Shown here: positions 25,324-32,572 of the stretch, in pieces | How the letters are laid out: the number at the start of each line of letters is the position of its first letter | How positions within the stretch are numbered: the first letter of the stretch is position 1 | Source: an uncultured Gammaproteobacteria bacterium | Lineage (GTDB): Bacteria > Patescibacteriota > Microgenomatia > UBA12405 > BS750m-G30 | Reading direction: 5' to 3' | Length of the DNA stretch: 32,572 bases | Assembly (NCBI GenBank): GCA_964484095.1 | Contig: CAZAEB010000003.1 | Span: forward strand, 1 to 32,572 | Made by a program: the position numbers and the translations under genes | Notes under the pieces: generated by a model | The model's database searches: none | Told to the model about the DNA's origin: nothing | The model's input: only the letters and a program-made list of their open reading frames with translations

Positions 25324-26825
25324 TGTTTAAAATCAAAAAATTCATCCCAGAAAAACCACTGCTGATTTTAATCGCAATAAATATAATTCTATATATTCCT
25401 GCACTTTTCGAACCTGTTTCTTATGGAGATGAATGTATATATTTGGTATTAGGAAACGCTTTTAGGAAAGGATTAGTTTTTTACCGAGATATTCACGACA
25501 ATAAACCGCCACTCCTTTATTTGACTGCCGCCATTAGTGGAAACAGTCTTTTTTGGTTTAGGTTAATTTCGATAGTTACCAGTCTTGTTCATATTGATCT
25601 GGTTTATAGCTTGATCAAAAAACTTACCAAAAACAAATATCTGCCCATTTTAGGAGGAATCATTTTTTCCGCTCTGCTTTTAATTTTTGAAGGTAGAGTC
25701 GCCAATGGAGAAATTTTCATGACCGCTGCGGCTACCTTGGCGGTTTATCTTCTTTTAACTAGACCAGAAAAAAGCAATTTTTCTTGGGGGATAATTATTG
25801 GAGGAATATTTAGTGTCGGTTTTCTCTACAAGATCCCGATTGCCTTTGATTTTGTCGGCATAATCTTAGCAATATTTTTCCTTACAATAAAATCGGTATC
25901 TAAAAAAAGCTTTCTAAAGGTTTTAAAAGACAAAAAACTCTGGGGAATGATTGCCGGTTTTTCTGCTCCAATACTTCTGAGCATTATCTACTATGCCACT
26001 AAGGGAGCTTTTACTCCTTATGTTCGTTCCGCCTTAATGCAAAACATCGGATATCTTTCTTCCTGGCAGGGCGGAAGCAGTGAGTTATTTATCAGATTAG
26101 AAATATTGGCCATTCTCACCGCTGCCACCTTTTTGGCAAGAAAAATTATTTCCAAAGAAATACTATTTTTCTTTACCTGGTTTACTTTTTCCCTTTTTGG
26201 GGCTCTTCTCTCCACAAGACCCTATCCTCATTATTTAATTGAATCTTCTCCCTCAATAGTGATTCTTGCCGCTCTTTTAATCAACAGGATTCTCGCGATT
26301 AAGCCGGCAGGAAAAATTAAAAATCCTGGGGATTTCATTCTTCCTTTGGTCGCCATTGGCATGCTCATTTTCTCACACAACCATTACCAGTTTTGGCGCT
26401 ATCCCCAGCTTTCATACTATCAAAATTTTGCAAAAAAACTGATAGGGGCAAAAACCAACGAAGAATATATTTCATATTGGGGATACCGGGCTTTAGAAAA
26501 CCAAAAACTGGCCAAGTTTGTCAAAGAAACAACTTTGCCAGATGAAAGTATTTTTGTATGGGGAGAAGCCTCTTGCTCCTATGCCCTATCAAACCGACTT
26601 CCCCCAGGAAGATATGTGGTTAACTATCACATATCTGATTTTGATGGTTATGAAGAAACTTTAAAAGCGATCGAAAACAAAAAACCAAAACTAATAATAA
26701 AGATGAAAGAAGAAGAAAAACACTGGCCAGAGCTGGACCTATATCTTGAAAAAAACTACCTTCCTTTAGTGTCAGACCAGCTTAAAGATAGGATTTTTCT
26801 TCTAAACAAAGCTAATTTTCAATAA
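25323..26825 (+). CDS. GT-C glycosyltransferase (ArnT/PMT-like)
   Basis: YGDECIY, YRDIHDNKPPL, ANGE, RPYPHY; C-terminal IFVWG soluble domain. Confidence 0.82.
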   Translation: MFKIKKFIPEKPLLILIAINIILYIPALFEPVSYGDECIYLVLGNAFRKGLVFYRDIHDNKPPLLYLTAAISGNSLFWFRLISIVTSLVHIDLVYSLIKKLTKNKYLPILGGIIFSALLLIFEGRVANGEIFMTAAATLAVYLLLTRPEKSNFSWGIIIGGIFSVGFLYKIPIAFDFVGIILAIFFLTIKSVSKKSFLKVLKDKKLWGMIAGFSAPILLSIIYYATKGAFTPYVRSALMQNIGYLSSWQGGSSELFIRLEILAILTAATFLARKIISKEILFFFTWFTFSLFGALLSTRPYPHYLIESSPSIVILAALLINRILAIKPAGKIKNPGDFILPLVAIGMLIFSHNHYQFWRYPQLSYYQNFAKKLIGAKTNEEYISYWGYRALENQKLAKFVKETTLPDESIFVWGEASCSYALSNRLPPGRYVVNYHISDFDGYEETLKAIENKKPKLIIKMKEEEKHWPELDLYLEKNYLPLVSDQLKDRIFLLNKANFQ

Positions 26826-26873
26826 AAATGTTAAAATATCCACCACTAAGAGGAATCTGACCGGCTACTAACC

Positions 26874-28376
26874 ATGAGCAGGAACAAAAAACAAAAATCA
26901 TATCGTATTTGGGAAATAGTTCCTGGACTTGTTTCCTGGATAATTATTCTTTTCCCACTTTGGGGATCTTTTTTTATGCCCAAAGTGGTTGCATATTTTA
27001 TTATTAGTTTTTTAATCTTCTGGTTTTACCAATCTTTCAAATCGGCATTTTTAGGAATTAAGGGATATTCGAAAATAAAGGCTGATGAAAAAACAAACTG
27101 GAAAAAACGATACAAGAAGGAGAAAAAGGCAAACTGGTTAGCCTGGAAAGATATTCGACACGTGATTATCATTCCCAACTATCAGGAAAAGATAGAAACT
27201 TTAAAAAATCCTCTTAATTCACTGGCTCGACAAAAAGATATTGACAAGAAACAGATTTTTGTCGTTCTTGCCATGGAAAGTAGAGCCGAACCGGATGCCA
27301 AAAAACGAGCTAAAACCTTGATTAAAATGTACCAGAATATATTTGGAATGATAATTACCACCTATCACCCTGACGGAATTATCGGCGAAATTAAGGGCAA
27401 GGCTTCAAATGAAGCCTATGCTGCTAAATATTTTAAGAAAAATATTATCGACAAATTGGGGTTAGATATAAAATACCTCACCGTCTCAAGCTGTGATGCT
27501 GATATAAAATTTAACCCTAAGTATTTTTCTGCTCTTACTTATAATTTTTCTAAAAACCAAAACAGATATATTAGATTCTGGCAATCGCCAATCTTCTGGT
27601 ACAACAATCTTGATAAAGTTCCCAGCCCAATAAGAATTGTGGGAGTTATTGGAAACATTATCCACATAAGCAACCTTCAAGAACCAGACGGGTTGTTTTT
27701 CAACTATTCCACCTATTCTCTTTCATACAAAATGCTCGATGATGTTGGCTACTGGGACACAGATATTATTCCCGAAGACTGGCACATTTTCCTTCAATCA
27801 TTTTTCGGAAAAGAAGGAAAGGTTAAGGTTAATCCCATCTTCCTTCCCACCAGTATCGACGCCCCGGAAGGAAAAACCTACGCAGAAGCTCTTAAAAACC
27901 GCTATCTCCAAGCTCAGCGCCACGCTTGGGGAGCTACTGATTTGGCTTTTGCTGTTGACCAGGCCAAAAAACATCCGGAAATTCCCTGGCGAGTTAAACT
28001 GCCACGAATATTTAAGATTTTAGAAACCCATCTCATCTGGTCAACCAACTGGTTTATTCTCACCTTGGGAGCTCTGCTTCCTACCCTGGTTAATCCAAAA
28101 TTTATGCAAACTTCTTTAGGTTATAATCTTCCTAAGTTTTCTCAACTGATTTTGACCACTTGCCTTCTGGCTTTGGTAGTAACTATAATTCTTGATTTGC
28201 GACTTAGACCAGAAGAGCTAAAAAATAAAAGCTTGAAAGGTAAAATATTAGAATTTGCTCAATGGATACTGATGCCCATTGCCACCCTTTTTATGGCAGT
28301 TTTACCAGGACTGGACGCTCAAACCAGGTTGATGCTGGGAAAAAGAATTGAATATAAAGTAACTAAAAAAATCTAG
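26874..28376 (+). CDS. membrane-embedded GT2 glycosyltransferase (synthase-like)
   Basis: Two N-terminal TMs, IIPNYQE, GKASN, CDAD (DxD), PEDW (TED-like), QAQRHAWG (QxxRW-like), C-terminal TMs. Confidence 0.82.
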   Translation: MSRNKKQKSYRIWEIVPGLVSWIIILFPLWGSFFMPKVVAYFIISFLIFWFYQSFKSAFLGIKGYSKIKADEKTNWKKRYKKEKKANWLAWKDIRHVIIIPNYQEKIETLKNPLNSLARQKDIDKKQIFVVLAMESRAEPDAKKRAKTLIKMYQNIFGMIITTYHPDGIIGEIKGKASNEAYAAKYFKKNIIDKLGLDIKYLTVSSCDADIKFNPKYFSALTYNFSKNQNRYIRFWQSPIFWYNNLDKVPSPIRIVGVIGNIIHISNLQEPDGLFFNYSTYSLSYKMLDDVGYWDTDIIPEDWHIFLQSFFGKEGKVKVNPIFLPTSIDAPEGKTYAEALKNRYLQAQRHAWGATDLAFAVDQAKKHPEIPWRVKLPRIFKILETHLIWSTNWFILTLGALLPTLVNPKFMQTSLGYNLPKFSQLILTTCLLALVVTIILDLRLRPEELKNKSLKGKILEFAQWILMPIATLFMAVLPGLDAQTRLMLGKRIEYKVTKKI

Positions 28377-28380
28377 ATTT

Positions 28381-28755
28381 ATGAAATCTTTTCTTACTAA
28401 TCTCTTTGGTAGTCTGGGAAAAATATGGCTCAATAGAGCAATTGCCGCTCAAATAAGAATCACTATACTGCTAGTTTTTGCCCAACTAGGAATAATAATT
28501 TTTTCATATCCTAGTCTTCCCCCAGAAATTCCTCTATTTTTCAGCCGACCCTGGGGAGAGTCACAACTGATCCAGCCGCTACTGATAATAGTTCTACCAG
28601 TTTTTTCCCTTGTTTTTTTAATCGTCAATTCCTTAATCGCCAGCATGTTTTTAGACAAAGAAACATTTTTGTCTCAAATTCTAGTCTTTGGAGGAGTTTT
28701 GTTTGCCACATTTAACACTATCGCCTTAATAAAAATAGTTCTTTTGATGATATAG
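28381..28755 (+). CDS. small 3-TM membrane protein (DUF1648-like)
   Basis: LPPEIPLFFSRPWG motif between TM helices. Confidence 0.6.
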   Translation: MKSFLTNLFGSLGKIWLNRAIAAQIRITILLVFAQLGIIIFSYPSLPPEIPLFFSRPWGESQLIQPLLIIVLPVFSLVFLIVNSLIASMFLDKETFLSQILVFGGVLFATFNTIALIKIVLLMI

Positions 28756-28769
28756 TTTAATTAAATACC

Positions 28770-29837
28770 GTGGTTAACCTACTCAGCCAACCATTCTTAA
28801 TCGCTTTTTTAATCTCCTTTACCACCACCCCCCTGGTAATTTACATATTCCAAAAAAAAGGCTGGACGGAAAAACCAGATAAGAAAAAACACCCGAAAAT
28901 AATCCATACCCGCCCTGTTCCGCGCAGCGGAGGAATACCAATATACCTTGCCATTTTTATTGCCACTTTGATTTTCCTTCCTCTAGACAATCATCTTCTT
29001 GCCATTCTTATTGCCGGATTAATAAACTTGGTAATTGGCATTGTCGATGATCTTTTTGATATCAGTCCCTACTTTCGCTTGGGAACAAACACCCTATCTG
29101 CTCTAATAATCATCGCCGGGGGAATCGGGATTGCTTTTATCACCAACCCCTTTGGAGGAATTCTTCATCTTGACCAGCCCCAGCTAACTTTTAATCTTTT
29201 TGGTCAGGTAAGAAATATTTGGTTAATCTCTGATATTTTTACGATTGTTTGGATTATCTGGTGCATGAATATTGTCAGTTGGTCAGGGGGAGTCGACGGC
29301 CAACTGCCAGGATTTGTAACTATCGCAGCAATAACCATCGGTGTTTTAAGCTTGGGATTCAGTCAAGACATTACTCAATGGCCGGTAATAGTTCTAGCTG
29401 GAGCGGTAGCCGGAGGATATCTTGGTTTCCTTCCTTTTAATATTTACCCTCAAAAAATCATGCCCGGTTATAGTGGAAAAAGCTTGGCGGGTTTTTTCCT
29501 AGCTGTTCTGGCAATTCTTTCCGGAGCCAAAGTAGCTACCGCCATTTTGGTTCTGGCCGTACCAATGATAGACGGAATAATAACAATAATAAGAAGACTA
29601 GCTAAAAAACACTCTCCATTTTGGGGCGATGCAGAACATCTTCACCATCTAATGCTAAAAGCTGGTATCCCAAAACCAAAAATTGCCATCTATTATTGGC
29701 TTTTCTCGGCGTTGCTGGGAATGATTGTTCTTAATCTAAACAGCGAGCAGAAATTCTGGACCTTTGCAATGCTTTTCCTTATGGTAAGCGGAGGAATAAT
29801 TATCGTTCGAACAATGATAAATAAAAAGGGAAAGTGA
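28770..29837 (+). CDS. MraY/WecA/TagO-family polyprenyl-phosphate hexosamine-1-phosphate transferase
   Basis: PRSGG, GIVDD, GVDG, FNIYP.KI, HLHH; about 11 TM helices; GTG start. Confidence 0.85.
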   Translation: MVNLLSQPFLIAFLISFTTTPLVIYIFQKKGWTEKPDKKKHPKIIHTRPVPRSGGIPIYLAIFIATLIFLPLDNHLLAILIAGLINLVIGIVDDLFDISPYFRLGTNTLSALIIIAGGIGIAFITNPFGGILHLDQPQLTFNLFGQVRNIWLISDIFTIVWIIWCMNIVSWSGGVDGQLPGFVTIAAITIGVLSLGFSQDITQWPVIVLAGAVAGGYLGFLPFNIYPQKIMPGYSGKSLAGFFLAVLAILSGAKVATAILVLAVPMIDGIITIIRRLAKKHSPFWGDAEHLHHLMLKAGIPKPKIAIYYWLFSALLGMIVLNLNSEQKFWTFAMLFLMVSGGIIIVRTMINKKGK

Positions 29838-29842
29838 AGATA

Positions 29843-30682
29843 TTATTCTTCGACCTTTTCAGCATAGGTTCCAGAAATCCAGCCCTCTTCGCCTTGCTTA
29901 TACTCAATCTGGTACCAACCGGATTTCTCATCTAGCAGTAAAAATTGATCTCCTGGATTAACTTTAGCCGCTTCGCTTGCTATTGTAGAAGGTTCCATTC
30001 TCACCCGAAGCCAACCAGTAGGAGTGTCACTAATAACCACATAAACGCCCTCCAGTTCTGTTTCTGCCCCATCTTTATTCTCTTCGTCTTCTTGCTGTTC
30101 AGCCAAACCAACATCCTCTTTGGCAAGCTTAACCTCAACCATGAGCCGATAACCACCCAAGCCGCGAGTTAACACCTCTATACTTTTATATCCCGGATGA
30201 GAAATTACAATTTTCCTGTCACCAACAGAGATATCATCCAGCTTAACCGGAGCAAACCCTCTCATTTGGCCATCAACAGTAACCGACACCCCATCAGGAA
30301 TAGAAACTAAAACTAACCCTGCTTTATTTTTATCACCAGTTTTTTCGAGATAAAGAACCTGGCTTTCCTCTTTTTCCAAGTCAGCATTAAACTGCTTATC
30401 AACTATTAAACGAGTATTGGGATTAATTGTCAGTCTTTTCTCCCAAGTCCCCAAAGTTGAATCTTCCGGAACTAATTTCAGATCAACATCACCGGGCTTT
30501 ATTGTTTCGCTCTCAAATGGACTAGTACCAACCTCTTTGTCATTTAGAAAAACCTTTACCGAGGGTGTAGTATTTATTTGAATCGCCGCTTTTTTGCCGG
30601 CAAAAGCGCCTCCCCAAACAGCAAAAGCAACCAGGCCGACAAGTAAAACAATAACAGCGGGAATAAGTATCTTTTTATTCAT
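29843..30682 (-). CDS. membrane-anchored PEGA-domain protein with a C-terminal bacterial SH3 domain
   Basis: N-terminal TM; two PEGA-like repeats (TTPSVKVFLN..GTSP and SIPDGVSVTVDG..GFAP); SH3b LRVR.EPS..GWYQI..GWIS. Confidence 0.8.
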   Translation of the reverse strand: MNKKILIPAVIVLLVGLVAFAVWGGAFAGKKAAIQINTTPSVKVFLNDKEVGTSPFESETIKPGDVDLKLVPEDSTLGTWEKRLTINPNTRLIVDKQFNADLEKEESQVLYLEKTGDKNKAGLVLVSIPDGVSVTVDGQMRGFAPVKLDDISVGDRKIVISHPGYKSIEVLTRGLGGYRLMVEVKLAKEDVGLAEQQEDEENKDGAETELEGVYVVISDTPTGWLRVRMEPSTIASEAAKVNPGDQFLLLDEKSGWYQIEYKQGEEGWISGTYAEKVEE

Positions 30683-30688
30683 AAAACA

Positions 30689-30717
30689 AGTTTAACAAAA
30701 ACAATAACCGCTGACAA
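30689..30717 (-). promoter_or_regulatory. sigma70 promoter TTGTCA-17-TAAACT (extended TG), leaderless spacing
   Basis: -35 at 30717-30712, -10 at 30694-30689, 6 nt before ATG 30682. Confidence 0.6.
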
Positions 30718-30734
30718 GAAAGGATGCTTATCAT

Positions 30735-30763
30735 TTGCCTAAAAATAACTTATTTGCTAAACT
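30735..30763 (+). promoter_or_regulatory. sigma70 promoter TTGCCT-17-TAAACT for tRNA-Ile
   Basis: -35 at 30735-30740, TG at 30755-30756, -10 at 30758-30763. Confidence 0.55.
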
Positions 30764-30777
30764 CAAACCATTCTAAA

Positions 30778-30851
30778 GGGTGCGTAGCTCAGCTGGCTAG
30801 AGCGCCGTCCTGATAAGACGGAGGTCCCAGGTTCAAGTCCTGGCGCACCCA
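30778..30851 (+). tRNA. tRNA-Ile (GAT), CCA end not encoded
   Basis: Acceptor stem GGGTGCG/CGCACCC, D arm GCTC..GAGC, anticodon arm CCGTC-CTGATAA-GACGG, T arm CCAGG-TTCAAGT-CCTGG. Confidence 0.96.
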
Positions 30852-30910
30852 CAATAGATTGTTTTGTTTTATAAAGCACGTAAGTTTCTGCAATTTTTTA
30901 ACTTCGTATT

Positions 30911-30939
30911 TTGACAAATTAACACAAACATCTTAAAAT
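30911..30939 (+). promoter_or_regulatory. consensus sigma70 promoter TTGACA-17-TAAAAT for the RHH-Nudix gene
   Basis: -35 at 30911-30916, -10 at 30934-30939. Confidence 0.7.
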
Positions 30940-30969
30940 AGTTTAACTTAGTTAAAACAAGTTAAACAA
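30940..30969 (+). promoter_or_regulatory. putative operator: three 10-bp-phased AGTT(T/A)AA repeats including a palindrome
   Basis: agtttaactt/agttaaaaca/agttaaacaa; palindrome TTTAACT-T-AGTTAAA at 30942-30956, over the predicted TSS. Confidence 0.5.
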
Positions 30970-31641
30970 ATGAGCAGAAAAACAAAAGTTGTTGGATTTT
31001 CTTTACCACCGGAAATCTACCAAAAATTAGAACAGGTAATAAAAACCAAACATAAAACACGAAGCGAATTTTTTCGAGAAATAATCGATGCTTATTTCGA
31101 AACTGTTAAAGATCAAACATCTCAAAAAGTAGATGCTATTAATATCGGTGAAACCGACTTGGCAAAAGTTTTAAAATCCTACTGGCTTTTAAGATCTAAA
31201 ACAAAACTTGAAGTTATTACAATCGGCCTAGCTATTATCGTTAATGACCAAGATAAAGTTCTAATTGGCGCGCGAAAGAATAAGGATTTATGGGTCGAAA
31301 ACCTGACCTGGGTTTTTCCAGGAGGCAACTTAAAATCGCTAAATTTTGAACAAGAGATTAAAAAAACAGTAAAACGAGAGACTGGTCTTTCTATTGATGT
31401 TAATTGTCTTGTTGCAAGTCGAACATATCCAGATTCCGGCTTTAAACCTGTCAATATTGTAGGTTTGTACTTCTACTGTACTCTTGGCAAAAACCAGTCA
31501 GCCAAACCAGGAGGTGACCTATCCCAATTAAAATGGGTACAACCAATAGAGGTTTTTAAATATTTCACCACTTCAACTTGTGATGAAGTAACTAAATTCC
31601 TGACAACAATCGAAAAAGGGACAAAAATCAACCAAACATAA
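30970..31641 (+). CDS. CopG/ribbon-helix-helix DNA-binding domain fused to a degenerate Nudix domain
   Basis: N-terminal KVVGFSLPPEIYQKLE..TRSEFFREII (RHH); C-terminal VLIG.R..WVFPGG..RETGL..LKWV (Nudix fold). Confidence 0.8.
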   Translation: MSRKTKVVGFSLPPEIYQKLEQVIKTKHKTRSEFFREIIDAYFETVKDQTSQKVDAINIGETDLAKVLKSYWLLRSKTKLEVITIGLAIIVNDQDKVLIGARKNKDLWVENLTWVFPGGNLKSLNFEQEIKKTVKRETGLSIDVNCLVASRTYPDSGFKPVNIVGLYFYCTLGKNQSAKPGGDLSQLKWVQPIEVFKYFTTSTCDEVTKFLTTIEKGTKINQT

Positions 31642-32572
31642 GAAGCTCAGGTTTAAAAAGCATCAAAATTCCAATCACCACCATAATTGCCCCTCCAAAA
31701 AGATGTGAAAAACGGGCATATTTACCATTAATTCCTACTGCTTTTAAAGAAGTCATTGCAATAGCAAACACAACCAAGTCGTCCAGTATAAAAAAGAAAA
31801 TATACAAAAGTATATAAGAATAATACTGCCAAGAAGAAAGGTTGCTGAGCGCTAAAACCTTGGTATAGACCGCCGGCAATCCAGCCGAACAAACCAGTTC
31901 TACCAGATTAACCGCTAAAGCAAGAAGAATGATTCCTCCCAAAGCGAAAATAAACTCCTTTTTTTGGGTAATCTTTTTTAGTTTTTTAAAAACATTTTGT
32001 CTTTTTTTACTACCAGTAATTTTACATGCCCCATCTTTGTTAATAATATAGTCTCTGATATTATATCCGCCTGCTCCCAGAGCAACAATTCCAACAACCA
32101 CTCTAATCCAGACAACGAAACCCAAAAAAAGAAAAACATTCAACCAAGCGCTCATAAGAAGAAAATAAACAAAACCAGAGGTAAGGATAAACGCTGAGCC
32201 CAACATCCACATCCTTTTTCTGTCTTTCATTGCCAATAGAAGAGTAATCAAAAAAAGAAGCGCCCACATAGCGCAAGGGTTAAACCCGTCAAGAACACCA
32301 ATCACTATTGTTAATATCGGAAGAGAAAGGTCTTTTGTTTTGATCTCCCCCAACAAGGGAAGACTTATTGTTTCCAATATAGGATTGGACTGATCAATAT
32401 CCCCATCTATGATTACCGACAAAACCATACTTTCAATCGCCTTCCCCGTCGTTTCATCGCTAAGATAGCCAATAACGTATTGGTCGCTAACTACTGTAAA
32501 TGGAGTAGGAAACCCGGAAATATTGGCCTCAATCTCTTTAGCAATTTTTTGAAGAAATTTGATGTTCTCCTT
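31628..32572 (-). CDS. glutaredoxin-like domain plus CcdA/DsbD-like TM protein (5' end outside the window)
   Basis: Frame is open to the window edge (KENIKFLQ..GFPTPFTVV..YVIGY); TM motifs DGFNPCAMW and ELVCSAGLP carry the paired membrane Cys. Confidence 0.75.
   Translation of the reverse strand, partial: KENIKFLQKIAKEIEANISGFPTPFTVVSDQYVIGYLSDETTGKAIESMVLSVIIDGDIDQSNPILETISLPLLGEIKTKDLSLPILTIVIGVLDGFNPCAMWALLFLITLLLAMKDRKRMWMLGSAFILTSGFVYFLLMSAWLNVFLFLGFVVWIRVVVGIVALGAGGYNIRDYIINKDGACKITGSKKRQNVFKKLKKITQKKEFIFALGGIILLALAVNLVELVCSAGLPAVYTKVLALSNLSSWQYYSYILLYIFFFILDDLVVFAIAMTSLKAVGINGKYARFSHLFGGAIMVVIGILMLFKPELLMFG

Noticed and set aside
30778-32572. Genomic island integrated at tRNA-Ile
   Set aside because: No integrase and no duplicated tRNA 3' end within the window

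Overview
Low-GC, gene-dense bacterial chromosomal segment. Gene content and style suggest Patescibacteria/CPR, probably Microgenomates-like (inference only). Left: a UvrD helicase-PD-(D/E)XK nuclease fusion on +. It converges on a ~18 kb minus-strand run: murJ, pilN, pilO, a small membrane protein, a Thr/Pro-rich surface protein with a sortase-like tag, a UbiA-family polyprenyl-phosphate phosphoribosyltransferase, three GT-C glycosyltransferases, DUF362, a UPF0104 flippase-like protein, a PAP2 phosphatase, DUF2298 (YYY), pcrA and a FemABX protein. Right, on +: rpsT, metG, tatD and a second glycan cluster (two GT-C, a GT2, a small membrane protein, a WecA/MraY-family transferase with altered motifs). 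These are followed by a PEGA-SH3 protein, tRNA-Ile(GAT), an RHH-degenerate-Nudix regulator with a likely operator, and a glutaredoxin/CcdA-like gene cut by the window edge. The best candidate for a new system is a PRPP-derived, lipid-linked pentose glycosylation pathway with no DprE1/E2 in the window. It includes two DUFs and is co-oriented with pilus and surface-protein genes. Many genes look leaderless (-10 box 6-8 nt before ATG). No CRISPR array, rRNA or transposase was seen. All calls come from motif recognition by eye, without database searches.
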